The position numbers and the translations under genes are program-made. The notes beneath the pieces were generated by a model that ran no database searches, was not told the origin of the DNA, and was given only the letters and a program-made list of their open reading frames with translations. DNA of 63,553 bases, the filler included, from an uncultured Chlamydiae bacterium (GTDB taxonomy: Bacteria; Chlamydiota; Chlamydiia; Chlamydiales; SM23-39): the NCBI GenBank assembly GCA_937899275.1. It is 5 parts of 5 records of this genome, joined end to end, with 100 filler letters (N's around TTAATTAATTAA, not from the genome) between each part and the next. Parts side by side here need not be neighbours in the genome. Positions count along the whole stretch, not along the records: positions 34,348 to 60,506 come from CALBPE010000087.1; positions 60,607 to 63,553 come from CALBPE010000088.1; 3 more parts are not named here. One strand, 5' to 3'. Each line of letters begins with the position of its first letter. Positions within the stretch are counted from its first letter, which is position 1. Below are positions 49,085-62,139 of the stretch, piece by piece.

Positions 49085-49869
49085 GCAAAAAACCTTTTTG
49101 TTCCTACGCCTAAAGGAGTATGTAAACCGAGCGCAAAGTGGGTATCTTCAATGCAGTCGAGACCTACTTGAGACTCTAAAAGGCTGCTGAGAATCAGCTC
49201 TACTTTAGAGGGTAGTTGCTTTTGCAGCTTTTTTATGTGACTAAAGCCTCCGTATAAACTGGGCTTGACGACAACCGCCTTCAAAGAGGGTAGTTGGATG
49301 ATTTTTTCTATAGGCTGTTCATATAAAGACTCATCAACCGCAATAGGAAGGGGTAGATGCTCCGCCATTTGCAGGAGCTCTTCAAAAGAAAAGGCCGGCT
49401 CTTCTATATACCAAAAGTATTCTTTTGGGCAGTTTTTTAGAAAAAGAGCGGCTTTTTTTAGATCCCACTTCCGGTTTGCATCTAGCTGAAAGACCCTGTC
49501 TGGGTAGCGGTTTTTTAGCCTGACAATCCGGCAGGCATCGTGTATAGGATCGCCTCCTATTTTGATTTTAACGTATTTTTGTAAGGGGAAATTAGGTAGA
49601 GAGTCCGTATCTAAAATAAGAGCGGATTCTTTTTCATAAGAGCGTTTTTTTGGCGCTTTAGGTAAAGTCAAGCTTTCGACTGCAAAAGCTACAGAAGGTA
49701 GGGAAAGGTCCCACTGGCTTAGAGCAAAAAGTGCATCTTGCAGCGTTTCTTTGCTTCTTGAAGGAAAAGGGGCAATTTCTGCTTTTCTTGTTTGGTACTG
49801 TATAATGCAGCCCTTTCTTCTGGATATTCCCCATAGGGGAATAGCGAGAGCTCGATCATAACAAGTCAT
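49081..49869 (-). CDS. menC: o-succinylbenzoate synthase
   Basis: KIKIG, LDANRKW, IEEP, IAVDES, VVKPSLYGG; start estimated. Confidence 0.88.
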   Translation of the reverse strand: MTCYDRALAIPLWGISRRKGCIIQYQTRKAEIAPFPSRSKETLQDALFALSQWDLSLPSVAFAVESLTLPKAPKKRSYEKESALILDTDSLPNFPLQKYVKIKIGGDPIHDACRIVRLKNRYPDRVFQLDANRKWDLKKAALFLKNCPKEYFWYIEEPAFSFEELLQMAEHLPLPIAVDESLYEQPIEKIIQLPSLKAVVVKPSLYGGFSHIKKLQKQLPSKVELILSSLLESQVGLDCIEDTHFALGLHTPLGVGTKRFFA

Positions 49870-49874
49870 TTTTT

Positions 49875-50735
49875 TTAGCTGCGTAAAATTGCGTCTCCAA
49901 TGAGCGCTGTATATATCCATAAAAAATAGCAGGTGTAAGGTAAAAGCTGTCTATACGATAAAGTAGAGCGGATCAGCCCTTGAATTAAGAAAAGAGCCGC
50001 TATAAAAAGCAGGGTAAAAGCTATAGTCCATCCTGGGAAATAATACGCCGCAATGCCGCAAGGACATAAGATGCATAGGCTATATTCAAAAAAGCCAAAA
50101 AGCGTTCCAAAACGGACGACTAAGGTGTTTTTCTTAGCTTTTTTATCTTGTTTTTGATCGCGAAGGTTATTGATGACAAGAAGAGCGCAGGAGATAAGAC
50201 CTGGTCCTATTCCAATAATAAAAGGAGATATTTTTACGATCTTTGTCTGTAAAAAAAACGCTACTCCCACAGCAATTGGTCCAAAAAATAGGAGAACAAA
50301 TAACTCGCTTAGCCCTAAATACCCAAGGGGGTAGGGGCCTGCTGTGTAAGCAAGACCTAGAATAATCGATACTACACCTAAGGCAAGGAGCCAAACACCT
50401 ACGCTCCAGCTAAGAAAAAATGCAATACAAAAAGCGGTGAAAAAAGCGGTGAAAAAACCCATGCGCACTTCTTCTAATGAAAGTAGACCTTTTTGACAAA
50501 CGCGTACAGGCCCTACCCTATCTGTTGTATCAGCGCCTTTTATAAAATCGAAATAGTCATTGGAGATATTCGTGCCTATCTGGATGCAAAGGGTAAAAGC
50601 GAGGAGTAAAAAAAAAAGAAAGGTAACCGATCCGCCTTCTTTCAATGTGAGAAAAAGGCTAATTAGTAAAGGGCTAATCCCTGCTGCTAAAGTAGGTAAG
50701 CGGATCGCTTGCAGCCAAGCGCGCATCTTTACCAT
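49875..50735 (-). CDS. menA: DHNA polyprenyltransferase
   Basis: RLPTL, NDYFDFIKGAD, NNLRD. Confidence 0.93.
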   Translation of the reverse strand: MVKMRAWLQAIRLPTLAAGISPLLISLFLTLKEGGSVTFLFFLLLAFTLCIQIGTNISNDYFDFIKGADTTDRVGPVRVCQKGLLSLEEVRMGFFTAFFTAFCIAFFLSWSVGVWLLALGVVSIILGLAYTAGPYPLGYLGLSELFVLLFFGPIAVGVAFFLQTKIVKISPFIIGIGPGLISCALLVINNLRDQKQDKKAKKNTLVVRFGTLFGFFEYSLCILCPCGIAAYYFPGWTIAFTLLFIAALFLIQGLIRSTLSYRQLLPYTCYFLWIYTALIGDAILRS

Positions 50736-50738
50736 GCG

Positions 50739-51551
50739 CTAGTCTCTTTTTGTAAAAGCTGCGAAGTTAGGAGAGCGTTTTTCGTTAAATGCATTTCTTC
50801 CTTCTTGCGCTTCAGCAGTTTCATAATACATGCTTGTGGCAAGGCCTGCAAGCTCTTGCAGGCCTGCTTGACCATCGCAGTCTGCATTAAGAGCTGCTTT
50901 AATGCATGCAAGAGCGCGCGGCGAGCGCTCCAACAGTTGCTGCGCAATTTCTAAGGTGGTTTTCTCCAGCTCTTCTAAGGGCACCACAATATTTACAAGT
51001 CCCATGGCAAGCGCTTTTTCCGCGCTATATTGCTTGCATAAAAACCAGATTTCTCGCGCTTTTTTCTGCCCCACAATCCGGGCTAGGTAAGATGCTCCAA
51101 AGCCTCCATCAAAAGAGCCTACTTTGGGCCCTGTCTGTCCAAATCGGGCGTTTGAAGAGGCGATGGTTAAATCGCAAACAATATGCAAAACATGCCCGCC
51201 TCCAATGGCGTATCCATTCACCATAGCAATAACCGGTTTGGGACACCTTCTAATCGCTCTTTGCAGAGATAAAACGTTGAGCCGGTCTTTTCCACTGCCA
51301 TCTTTGTATCCGCTTGTTCCTCTGATTTTTTGATCGCCACCAGAGCAAAAAGCGCTATCTCCTTTCCCTGTGAAAATCACAACGCCGATTGCATCATCAT
51401 CTGCCGCATCTTGTAAAGCGACAAGCATTTCTTCTACGGTTAATGGACGAAAAGCGTTTCTTACCTCGGGGCGGTTGATGGTGATTTTGGCGATACCAGG
51501 TTTTTTCTCATACAAGATATCTACGTAGCTGCCCGATGCGATCCAGCTCAT
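50739..51551 (-). CDS. menB: 1,4-dihydroxy-2-naphthoyl-CoA synthase
   Basis: [26 protein letters not shown]. Confidence 0.96.
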   Translation of the reverse strand: MSWIASGSYVDILYEKKPGIAKITINRPEVRNAFRPLTVEEMLVALQDAADDDAIGVVIFTGKGDSAFCSGGDQKIRGTSGYKDGSGKDRLNVLSLQRAIRRCPKPVIAMVNGYAIGGGHVLHIVCDLTIASSNARFGQTGPKVGSFDGGFGASYLARIVGQKKAREIWFLCKQYSAEKALAMGLVNIVVPLEELEKTTLEIAQQLLERSPRALACIKAALNADCDGQAGLQELAGLATSMYYETAEAQEGRNAFNEKRSPNFAAFTKRD

Positions 51552-51561
51552 TTTGCGCTCC

Positions 51562-53085
51562 TTACGTTAACGTAACTTCTACCAAAGCTGATTTTTTCAT
51601 ATTAAAGATTTTTTTCATAGATTTAGAAAACATATCGATCGATTGGACCCTGGCGTAGGGGATTTGAAAAGATTTGGCAATACCTTCAAAGGAAAAAGCG
51701 TGTTTTGTTACAAAAAAACGGTCGATGTTTTCAGAGCTTTCTTCTATGGGTAAGCGGCGAAAAATCTCACCTCCTTGGTTGTTCAATACGATGAGCAAAA
51801 TAGGCAATGCCGAGTTTTTGATTAAGCTACAAGAGTTGCTGTCGTGTAAAAATGCTAGGTCTCCAATTACCCCTACAAAAGGTCTGTTTTTTCCTTTTGC
51901 TATGCCGCATATAGAAGCGATGTTGCCATCAATTCCAGAAACGCCCCGGTTACCAAATGAAGGAGGCTGAAAAGGGGAGTAAAAGGCATTTGCCGCATCC
52001 CGAATCACCGTGCTATTACCCCAAAAAATGCCCCATTGATCGGGAAGAAGAGCTCCTAGTGTTTGTAGGTAGCGCTCTTGTAAAGAGAGCGGTTTTTTAA
52101 AGGATGTAAAAGAGGATAGATCAGGTCCTTTATCTCCTTTCACATGGGGACAAAATAGAGCGGGGGGCATACAAAAGCGGTGCGTAATTAATCGAAAAGG
52201 ATCAAAGCAGTTTTCATCTTCATGGACGTATCCGTAAAACGGAGGAGGTTTTTTTTGTAGCCACTCAAAAAGGTGTTTACCCACAAACCTTCCCCCAAAA
52301 TGTAGGATATTTTTTGGTCTTTTTTCCACTTGATCGATCCATAGTTCAAATGATCTATGAGCAAGCGGATGGTCTATATTGCTTAAAGGATCGCAAAAAA
52401 TAGGCCAGGAGTATTTTGTCGATAACGCACCTACACAAGAAAGATCCTGTTGATTTTCTCCTACTAAAATCCAGGTGTCTCCTTTGCAAGGAGGTATATC
52501 TATAGCCACTTTTTTGATTTGCGGCGTAGTATAGCTAGGTATAGCCTTCAAGTCGTTTTTTTCCTGAGAAAAAGCCCCAGAAAACGGCTCTCTTAATAGT
52601 AAATTGAGGTGGATAGGACCTTTTTGTAGCCGCCATATGCTATAGGCTGCAATCGAATCGATGGTCGCTTTTTTTAGCCCTGGGTCGGATAAAAAAAGAG
52701 CTGTTTGCCAGCAGACAAATGGAGAAAATATCGAGGTTTGCGTTGTGGTTTGATTTTGTCCTGCATGGAGTAGCTCCAAAGGGCGGTCTGCACTTAAAAT
52801 CAATACAGGCGCGCTATTTTCTTTTGCTTCCATAATTGACGGCAGTAGGTTGCCTACAGCTGTTCCTGAAGTGACAATAATCGCGGTAGGTTTTTTTGTA
52901 GCTTTTGCGTGGCCTTGTGCATAAAACCCCAGAGCTCTTTCATCAAAATGTACACATGTAGAGCGCTTAGCAGCGGCGATGGTAAGCGCTGTACTTCTCG
53001 ATCCTGGAGCGATGCAAAAAAGCGCTACGCCGCTTTTTGCAAGAGCGTCGATGAGTATATGTGCATTTTTTATAGAGTAAGACAT
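51562..53085 (-). CDS. menD: SEPHCHC synthase
   Basis: [34 protein letters not shown]. Confidence 0.95.
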   Translation of the reverse strand: MSYSIKNAHILIDALAKSGVALFCIAPGSRSTALTIAAAKRSTCVHFDERALGFYAQGHAKATKKPTAIIVTSGTAVGNLLPSIMEAKENSAPVLILSADRPLELLHAGQNQTTTQTSIFSPFVCWQTALFLSDPGLKKATIDSIAAYSIWRLQKGPIHLNLLLREPFSGAFSQEKNDLKAIPSYTTPQIKKVAIDIPPCKGDTWILVGENQQDLSCVGALSTKYSWPIFCDPLSNIDHPLAHRSFELWIDQVEKRPKNILHFGGRFVGKHLFEWLQKKPPPFYGYVHEDENCFDPFRLITHRFCMPPALFCPHVKGDKGPDLSSFTSFKKPLSLQERYLQTLGALLPDQWGIFWGNSTVIRDAANAFYSPFQPPSFGNRGVSGIDGNIASICGIAKGKNRPFVGVIGDLAFLHDSNSCSLIKNSALPILLIVLNNQGGEIFRRLPIEESSENIDRFFVTKHAFSFEGIAKSFQIPYARVQSIDMFSKSMKKIFNMKKSALVEVTLT

Positions 53086-54107
53086 AGCTTTTTTAGGTAG
53101 GGCTCGAGTTTTTCATTTAGCTCGTTCCATTCTTTTTCTGGATCAGATTCTCTTACAATACCTGCTCCAGAAAACAGATGGATGGTATTTTGTTCGATAA
53201 GAAGAGAGCGTATCGCTACGCAAAGGTCAGTATAGGAAGGGGTTTTTGGCCCGATAAGCCCGCAGTAAAGCCCCCGATCAAAAGCTGCGTACTTTGCTAA
53301 AAATTCCTGACAGTAGGTGGAGCTATCTCCTAAAATTGCAGGAGTAGGATGAAGAGAGTCAATCAATAAATCGATGGATTTTCCTGGAAGTAATGTACCT
53401 TGAAAATAGCGGTGTAGATGGGCGATATTGCGGCTAATTTTGATCTGTTTTTTCGATGCAACAACGGGAAAACAAAAACGTTTGATCTCTTGTAAGACTT
53501 TTTTTTCCACAATGGCAAATTCTTGCAGCTCTTTTTTGTTTTCCATGAGCTCATATCTTGCATCATAGGGCCTTGTGCCTGCAAGAGCTTCCGTATATAG
53601 ATTGTTGCCCTCTTGTTTTAATAGCCTTTCGGGGCTAGAGCCGAAAAATAGGGACTGTTTACAAGGAGAAAAGCAAAAGGTGTACGCCCCCTTTTCTCCT
53701 ATATATGATCGGAACATTGCCCAAGGATCAATAGAGCGTTTCAGCGTGATCGATACTTTTCTTGTGAGCACCACTTTTTGAAATCGTTTTTTTTGAAAAG
53801 CCAGCTTTGCTTTTTCTACCGCTATTTTCCATTCTGGATAAGAGGGACTAAGGGATACTTTTTCTATTTCATAAGGGTTTTTCCAAGGAATAGCTGTAGT
53901 TTCTGCAAAGCGCACCTCTTGAAAAGATAGAACGGTTTTTTGAGGGAACTCTTGCCAAATTGCCTCTTGATAGGGAGAAAAAGGGGCAATATAAAATGGG
54001 TAATGATCGCCTACTCCTAAAGCAGCTGTCGCGGTTTTTACGCCCCTTGCTTGCCAATAGAGCTTGGGGTAAAGAGAGGAGCTTTTTAACCAATCGATTA
54101 GATCCAT
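53070..54107 (-). CDS. menF: Isochorismate synthase
   Basis: KVVLTR, SPERL, EALAGT, LHPTPA, GAGIV..S. Confidence 0.9.
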   Translation of the reverse strand: MDLIDWLKSSSLYPKLYWQARGVKTATAALGVGDHYPFYIAPFSPYQEAIWQEFPQKTVLSFQEVRFAETTAIPWKNPYEIEKVSLSPSYPEWKIAVEKAKLAFQKKRFQKVVLTRKVSITLKRSIDPWAMFRSYIGEKGAYTFCFSPCKQSLFFGSSPERLLKQEGNNLYTEALAGTRPYDARYELMENKKELQEFAIVEKKVLQEIKRFCFPVVASKKQIKISRNIAHLHRYFQGTLLPGKSIDLLIDSLHPTPAILGDSSTYCQEFLAKYAAFDRGLYCGLIGPKTPSYTDLCVAIRSLLIEQNTIHLFSGAGIVRESDPEKEWNELNEKLEPYLKKLCLTL

Positions 54108-54799
54108 GCTTCGTAGATATGCAGTGAACCAAAAAGTAAGGGACGGGCCTTTACTTTGCTCAGTCCGTATGTTTGGAGTATTTGTAAAAATGCTGTTCCC
54201 GAAGGAAAGGTCTCAATAGTTTGGTTAAGATAGCGGTAAGCGGGCAAATTATTGGATAAAGCTCCTCCAATTTTTGGTAGGACATATCGCAAATACCATA
54301 AGTAGGCAGTACGCACAGGTTTTTTTGGTAATGAAAATTCTAAGATGAGTAGTTTTCCTCCAGGTCTTAGTACCCGTTTTACCTCATGGATCGTTTTTTC
54401 TATATCTTGGACATTGCGGATTCCAAAAGAGATGCTGACTACATCGAAGCTATTGTCTTCAAAAGGGAGAAGGTCAGAAGAGCCGGTCACAAAAGATACT
54501 TTAGGGTGATACGGCTTTTGGCGGCGTTTTTTTTCAGCGATCGCCAGCATTTTTTCAGCGGGATCGATGCCTACAGCCTTTTTAATCGATGTAGATCCTT
54601 CCATCAAGGTGAAGATTTGATCACCTGTACCTGTAGCTATGTCAAGAAGGCTGAGGTTTGGTGAAGAGGGAAGGTGTTGCAGTAGTTTCTTTCTGCATCT
54701 TCGATCGAGGCCGAAAGAAAGAATCTGATTGATCCTATCATAAGTGGGGGAAATGTCGTTGAACATTTCCCAAATATTTTGCCGGCTAGGCTCTTCCAA
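54098..54799 (-). CDS. menG: Demethylmenaquinone methyltransferase UbiE/MenG
   Basis: YDRINQILSFG, LDIATGTGD, FGIRNV, RVLRPGG. Confidence 0.93.
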   Translation of the reverse strand: MEEPSRQNIWEMFNDISPTYDRINQILSFGLDRRCRKKLLQHLPSSPNLSLLDIATGTGDQIFTLMEGSTSIKKAVGIDPAEKMLAIAEKKRRQKPYHPKVSFVTGSSDLLPFEDNSFDVVSISFGIRNVQDIEKTIHEVKRVLRPGGKLLILEFSLPKKPVRTAYLWYLRYVLPKIGGALSNNLPAYRYLNQTIETFPSGTAFLQILQTYGLSKVKARPLLFGSLHIYEAWI

Positions 54800-54862
54800 A
54801 AAAACGGTCCTGCTTAAAGTAAAAATCCCTTTTTACCTTTTTTACAGGAAAAAATATAGGAA

Positions 54863-56671
54863 TTATTTCCGCTTTCTTTCGTGTTCTTTGAGGTATTTTT
54901 TACGCATACGCAAAGATTTTGGAGTGATCTCTAGAAGCTCATCGTCTTCGATATAATCGATCGCATCTTCTAAAATGAATTTCCGTGGAGGGGTAAGTAA
55001 GATGTTTTCATCTGTTCCCGATGCGCGCACGTTGGTCAGCTGTTTTGCTTTTACGATATTGACAACAAGGTCATTATCTCTTGAATGCTCACCGACGATA
55101 GACCCTTCATACACATCATCGCCAGGCTGAACAAATAACGTACCGCGATTTTGCAGGTTGAAACAAGCATAACCATTGGCTTTGCCAGGAGCGTTTGCAA
55201 TCAGAACGCCGCGAAGACGCGTTCTGGAAATCTCTTTTTTCGGTGCGAAACAGGAAAATACCGAGGTTAAGATCCCTAAGCCCGATGTCTTTGTGATGAA
55301 CTCAGAGCGGTAGCCCATCAAGCCTCTGGTCGGCATCAAAAAGGTGATCAGTGTGATTCCGTTTTCGGTTGTCTCTAATGTTTGCATCTCCCCTTTTCTT
55401 CGGGAAAGATCTTCGATAATGCCGCCGGAGAGTTTTTCTGGCACTTCGACATGAACTTTTTCAAAAGGCTCTAGAGTGACTCCGTTTTCTTCTTTTGTAA
55501 TGACTTGGGGCTTGGAGATGGCGCATTCATAACCTTCTCTTCGTAGAGTTTCTAGTAGAACAGCTAAGTGCAGCTCGCCTTTTCCACATACGCGAACCGC
55601 ATCATCTCGTCCTGCAATATCTTCAATTTTTAAGGTGATATTCGCTTCTTTTTCCTTGATGAGCCTATCTTTAATTTTGTTCATCGTCTCATACTAGCCC
55701 TCTTTGCCAGCAAAGGGGCTCGTGTTGACCATAATATCAATCGATACTGTAGGTTCGCTAATAGCAATAGGAGGCAGTTCAACGATGTGATTTGGATCGC
55801 TTAGCGTATCTCCGATATCTACGTTGTCGATACCAGATACAATCGCGATATCACCACAACCAGCTTCTTCAATTTCTATTTTTTCTAGGCCCATATAGCC
55901 TTCTAGCTTGGTAACTTTATGATCGGTTTTTTTGCCGTCCCGATCAATTTTTGTGATGGTATCGCCTTTTTTAACTACCCCTTCTAAAATGCGTCCTGCA
56001 GCGCCTCTTCCTGTGAATGAATCGTAAGTAATCGTCGCTGTTTGCATAAGAAAAGGAAGGTCTAAACTTCCTGGAGGCTTAGGGCATGCGTCAATAATCA
56101 GGTCAAAAAGTGGTTGTAGGTCTTTTGGGGTATCTCCCACTTTTTTGATGGCATATCCCGATAAACCAGAAGCGTAAATGTAAGGGAAGTCAAGCTGATC
56201 ATCAGAGGCGCCTAACTCGACAAAAAGATCAAAGGTTTGATCTAGTACTCTATCGGGATCTGCGTTTGGACGGTCGATTTTATTCAACGCGACAATAGGC
56301 TTTAATCCCATTTTAAGAGCGCAAGAAAGCACAAAGCGGGTTTGCGGCATGGGACCTTCTTTTGCGTCTACAAGAAGAATTACCGTATTGACCATACCCA
56401 GTACCCGCTCTACTTCTCCAGAGAAGTCGGCGTGTCCAGGTGTATCTACAATGTTGATTTTATATCCCTTGTAGCGGACAGATGTTTGCTTGGCAAAGAT
56501 GGTGATCCCTCTTTCCCGTTCTTGATCATAGCTGTCCATCACCCGTTCTGGGATGGCTTCCGTTTCTCGAAACACATTTGCTTGTTTGAGAAGCTGGTCT
56601 AGTAAAGTTGTTTTCCCATGGTCGATATGGGCAATGATTGCAATATTTCGTATGTTTTCTGGCTTATCCAT
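54863..56671 (-). CDS. typA: Translational GTPase TypA/BipA, interrupted by an in-frame TAG at 55694-55696
   Basis: [32 protein letters not shown]; both halves in one frame. Confidence 0.93.
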
Positions 56672-56811
56672 ACAAAATATAGTAGCATCTACGTAGAGAT
56701 TATGGCTATTAGAAATATAATTTTTCCACAAAAACGTCCTTTATCTTATATGCGCTCTATCCTTATGATATCTTCTGATCATGGAGCATTTTCCATGTAA
56801 TTATAGGACAT

Positions 56812-58251
56812 ATGGTTATGCAGCAAAGCGCGCTATCTCTTCAGGAAAAAACGCCTTCTTCTGTTGATGAGATATTGAGAAAAAAATTAGAAAACTCGTT
56901 TGATAAAAAGACGCTTCAAGCCAATTTTCACGATATCGCTAAAATTGCCTCAGCGTACTCCGCAGTTGATCTTGCCTATTCCGCTTCTCATTTGCCTTCA
57001 GCTATTCGGTTTTCTTTGTACAGTCATTTGCCAAGTCAAAATGCAAAAATTGCTTTTATGACAAGTGCAGAGCGCTCTACAAGAGCAGCTGTTATGGAAG
57101 AAGCTTCTGAACAAGAAATGAAAGCACTTTTTTCAAGTATGCCTACCGATGAGGCGACTTGGGTTTTAGACGATGTATCAGAAGATTTGTTTTCCCAAAT
57201 CATCCGTCTTTTACATCCGAAAAAAGCTCTTGCAATCACTAAAATGCGCAAATGCGATAGGCGATCTGCTGGAAGGTTGATGACAGATGCCTTTTTTTCT
57301 TTTGAAATGCATGAAACCATTGGAAAAGCGGCAGAAGAAATTCGGGATCATCCCGAAGTCGACTTTACCAAAGGCATTTTTTTAGTCGATGTTTCTGGTC
57401 ATCTGCAAGGCTACGTTCCTCCGAGAGCTCTTATTGTAAATCCAAAAAACACCGAATTAAAAACGGTGATGCAGCCGATTTTGCACAAGGTGCATTTAGA
57501 TGCGACTCGTCAAGAAGTAATCGATATTGTGGAGCGTTACAAAATTCCAGCCTTGGCTGTTGTCGATGAAGAAGAGCTTCTTATCGGTGTGGTTACTGCA
57601 GAAGATATTGTGGAGGCTTTGGAAGAGCTTGCGGACGAGACTATGGCTAAAATCGCAGGTACAGCGGAAAGTCCAAGCGATGACCAAACGGTATTTGCCC
57701 GATTTGCTGCCCGCTCACCTTGGCTTTTTGTTACGCTTTTATCGGGGTTTTTAAATGTAGCTATGATGTCTTCATCAGGCAAGCATTTTGCTGATGCGTT
57801 TATGTTCATTTTCTTTTTTGTCCCTTTAGTCACCGGTCTTTCTGGTAATATTGGTATTCAATGCAGTACGGTGCTTGTACGCAGTTTTGCGGTAGGTAGC
57901 TTTGCTTCTACTAGCCGGTTTGAATCGCTTGTAAAGGAGCTTTTTTCAGGGCTTTTAAGTGGTTTGATCTTTGGGATGATTTGTGGTTTTTCTATTTTCT
58001 TTTTTGAGCTTTTATGCGGCACAGGATTTGGTCCTAGCCCATTTGCTATTGCTCTTGTAGTAGGCTCTGGATTGATAGGAGCGTGTTTTGCAGGTACATT
58101 TTTAGGGGTGTTTTCTCCCGTCTTTTTTGTTCGGATTGGGATCGATCCCGCGATTTCTTCAGGGCCGATTATCACTGCTTTTAACGATTTTATTTCCATG
58201 ACAATTTACTTTTTTATCGCGTGGGGACTGCATCTTTTATTTTTTCTTTGA
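56812..58251 (+). CDS. mgtE: Magnesium transporter MgtE
   Basis: SAGRLMT, CBS pair, GNIGIQ, DPAISSGPIIT..ND. Confidence 0.93.
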   Translation: MVMQQSALSLQEKTPSSVDEILRKKLENSFDKKTLQANFHDIAKIASAYSAVDLAYSASHLPSAIRFSLYSHLPSQNAKIAFMTSAERSTRAAVMEEASEQEMKALFSSMPTDEATWVLDDVSEDLFSQIIRLLHPKKALAITKMRKCDRRSAGRLMTDAFFSFEMHETIGKAAEEIRDHPEVDFTKGIFLVDVSGHLQGYVPPRALIVNPKNTELKTVMQPILHKVHLDATRQEVIDIVERYKIPALAVVDEEELLIGVVTAEDIVEALEELADETMAKIAGTAESPSDDQTVFARFAARSPWLFVTLLSGFLNVAMMSSSGKHFADAFMFIFFFVPLVTGLSGNIGIQCSTVLVRSFAVGSFASTSRFESLVKELFSGLLSGLIFGMICGFSIFFFELLCGTGFGPSPFAIALVVGSGLIGACFAGTFLGVFSPVFFVRIGIDPAISSGPIITAFNDFISMTIYFFIAWGLHLLFFL

Positions 58252-58294
58252 TTCTGAGAGCTTTTTTCTATAAACTACAGATTATCCATAGCAT

Positions 58295-58618
58295 ATGAAA
58301 AGAACGCCAAAAAACTACCAAGGAACAAAGTTTCCGATTAAAAAAATTTCCCCTTTATTAGAGGAATTTTTAGTAAAGATTTCTCCAAAAAAGACGCTGG
58401 AAAAAGAGGCGATTTTTAACGCTTGGTATGCTATCATTGGAGAAAAAATGGCTCCTATGACAAAGCCGATTTCTTTCCAAAAGGGAACGTTAACCGTGCT
58501 CATAAAAACCCATTCCTTATATAGCTTTTTATGCACACATGAAAAAGCGCGCATTTTGCAAGAAATCCGCTCTTTTTCAAATAACAAAATCAAACAAGTC
58601 CAATTTCGCATTGGATAA
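58295..58618 (+). CDS. DUF721/DciA family protein
   Basis: W..IIGEKMA..T, GTLTV; located before gyrB. Confidence 0.8.
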   Translation: MKRTPKNYQGTKFPIKKISPLLEEFLVKISPKKTLEKEAIFNAWYAIIGEKMAPMTKPISFQKGTLTVLIKTHSLYSFLCTHEKARILQEIRSFSNNKIKQVQFRIG

Positions 58619-58627
58619 TCATTATGA

Positions 58628-60506
<1,879 letters not shown>

Positions 60507-60606
60507 NNNNNNNNNNNNNNNNNNNNNNNNNNNNNNNNNNNNNNNNNNNNTTAATTAATTAANNNNNNNNNNNNNNNNNNNNNNNNNNNNNNNNNNNNNN
60601 NNNNNN
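60507..60606. other. Artificial contig spacer
   Basis: N runs plus TTAATTAATTAA. Confidence 0.98.
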
Positions 60607-61299
60607 TCTCTCTGAGCTGTGACTGTGTCTCTTTGAGTAATTGCTGTATCTCTCTGATTGAGAGCAGTATCTTTTTCGGTTGAAAGCTCAGTTATTTTTT
60701 CCTCAAGTTTTTTCTTTTCGTTTTTTCCATCATTCATAATATAAAGGCAAAAGCCTTTTATAACTTGCATTGCCGATCCTAGTTCATCAAATCGCCTTTC
60801 AAAGGTTGCGTTCACTTTCCGTTGCTCTGTTATTACGCGGCTTAACTCTCCGATATCAGCCTGCTGCCCTTGAATCAAACCTTGCTGATAGCTAACTAAC
60901 TGCCTAAGATTAAATTCACGAAGGTTGCGCTCATAAGAATTTCTATGGGGTACAAGATTGTATACAGGAGGCATTTTGTAGTCGTTAGGATCCAAAACGC
61001 AGTTATTGGTTTTTCCTTCCACTCTTGTAAGTGCCCTAGGGTCTGTTTCCTGTAGCGACGTTCTACGACGTTCCTCGGGTATTTCTTGCGAAAAAGCAGC
61101 GGTACGGTTTGATGTTGTTGAAGGGGTACGAGGTCTGTTGCTCTTTTCGTAAGGTTTTAAGTTTGGAGGAGGAGCATCTGGCCTTAAACGCATATCTTGT
61201 CTTGTTTGTCTAGTGCTGTCGGGAGTTGTTGGCGAAGTAGCATTAATTGAAGAGTGGCTAAATGATCGCGATGTAAGCGCGTTGAGAAAAAACAGCCAT
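60607..61299 (-). CDS. Coiled-coil heptad-repeat protein, 5' part; probable true start at 61299 across a 1-nt homopolymer frameshift
   Basis: S/T/P-rich N-terminus; KDTALNQ-RDTAITQ-RDTVTAQ repeats run into the gap; frame open upstream of 61193 to 61307. Confidence 0.55.
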
Positions 61300-61524
61300 A
61301 AGGATCCTCAAGAAATCAAAAAAGATATGCAAGAGCTTGAAGAAAATGCAAAAAACCTAGGCGATGCTAAGCAGCCTTATTTACTAATGCTCGAGGAAGC
61401 TAATCTCTCGCTAAAAGCAGTAAAAAGCCGCTTTAGTGTAGAATACAGTGCGTTATGAGACTGCTGTTGTAGGGCCTAGTATAGTACTGGATTATAAATC
61501 TCCTTTTCTTTATGTACTAGTTGC

Positions 61525-62139
61525 TTGATTAACGTTTTAAGTAGGTCTATTTTGCAGTCAGATGATAGAAAAAGTTGTGCGCAAGAAGAAAAGCATTTTG
61601 ATGGGAAATCTTGTCAAAATCAGGTGTTTTCCGATGTAAAATTTTCTTCCTGCTGTTTTTCTCATGTTACCTTAAAAGAGACCAATTGCAGAAAGGCGCA
61701 CTTTTCTTCCTGCACTTTTAAAGGATGTCAGCTAGATAGAGTCGATATGCAGGGAGCGGTTTTTCATGATGTCTTATTTGAAGAGTGTAAAATCGTTGCA
61801 GGTGCCTTTTTTCTATGTAATACGAAGCTGTTTTCACCGCAGTTTAAAAACTGTTTCTTAATGGGATGTAACTTTTCTCATTTGGATATGAAAAGGGTAG
61901 ATTTTTCTAGTAGTAAAATCCACGACTGCTATTTTAATGAAACGGTTTTAGTAGAAGCAAACTTCCAGGGCGTAGATTTGAAGGGAAGCGCATTTCATAG
62001 GGCAGATTTATCTAAGGCAGATCTTCGAGGTGCAAAAAACTATGGGATTGATCCCACGGTCAATACCCTGCAAGGCGTAAGAGTATCTTTGCCGGAAGCG
62101 CTTTCTTTTTTAGAGTTTTTCTCGGTTAAGATCTCTTAA
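61525..62139 (+). CDS. Pentapeptide-repeat protein
   Basis: Continuous [A/C][D/N/x]F[S/x]x pentapeptides (ANFQG, ADLSK, ADLRG). Confidence 0.92.
   Translation: MINVLSRSILQSDDRKSCAQEEKHFDGKSCQNQVFSDVKFSSCCFSHVTLKETNCRKAHFSSCTFKGCQLDRVDMQGAVFHDVLFEECKIVAGAFFLCNTKLFSPQFKNCFLMGCNFSHLDMKRVDFSSSKIHDCYFNETVLVEANFQGVDLKGSAFHRADLSKADLRGAKNYGIDPTVNTLQGVRVSLPEALSFLEFFSVKIS

Noticed and set aside
11531..55696. Stop-codon reassignment suggested by in-frame stops in ogt, glgP, typA and the ROK kinase
   Set aside because: The TAGs align with different expected residues (Tyr/Phe in glgP, Lys in typA), one stop is TAA, and TAG ends many intact genes here (hemH, dnaA, yidC); errors or point mutations are more parsimonious
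61213..61458. 81-aa + strand ORF
   Set aside because: GTG start without a clear RBS, and it overlaps the probable 5' end of the minus-strand gene; may be a remnant but cannot be supported
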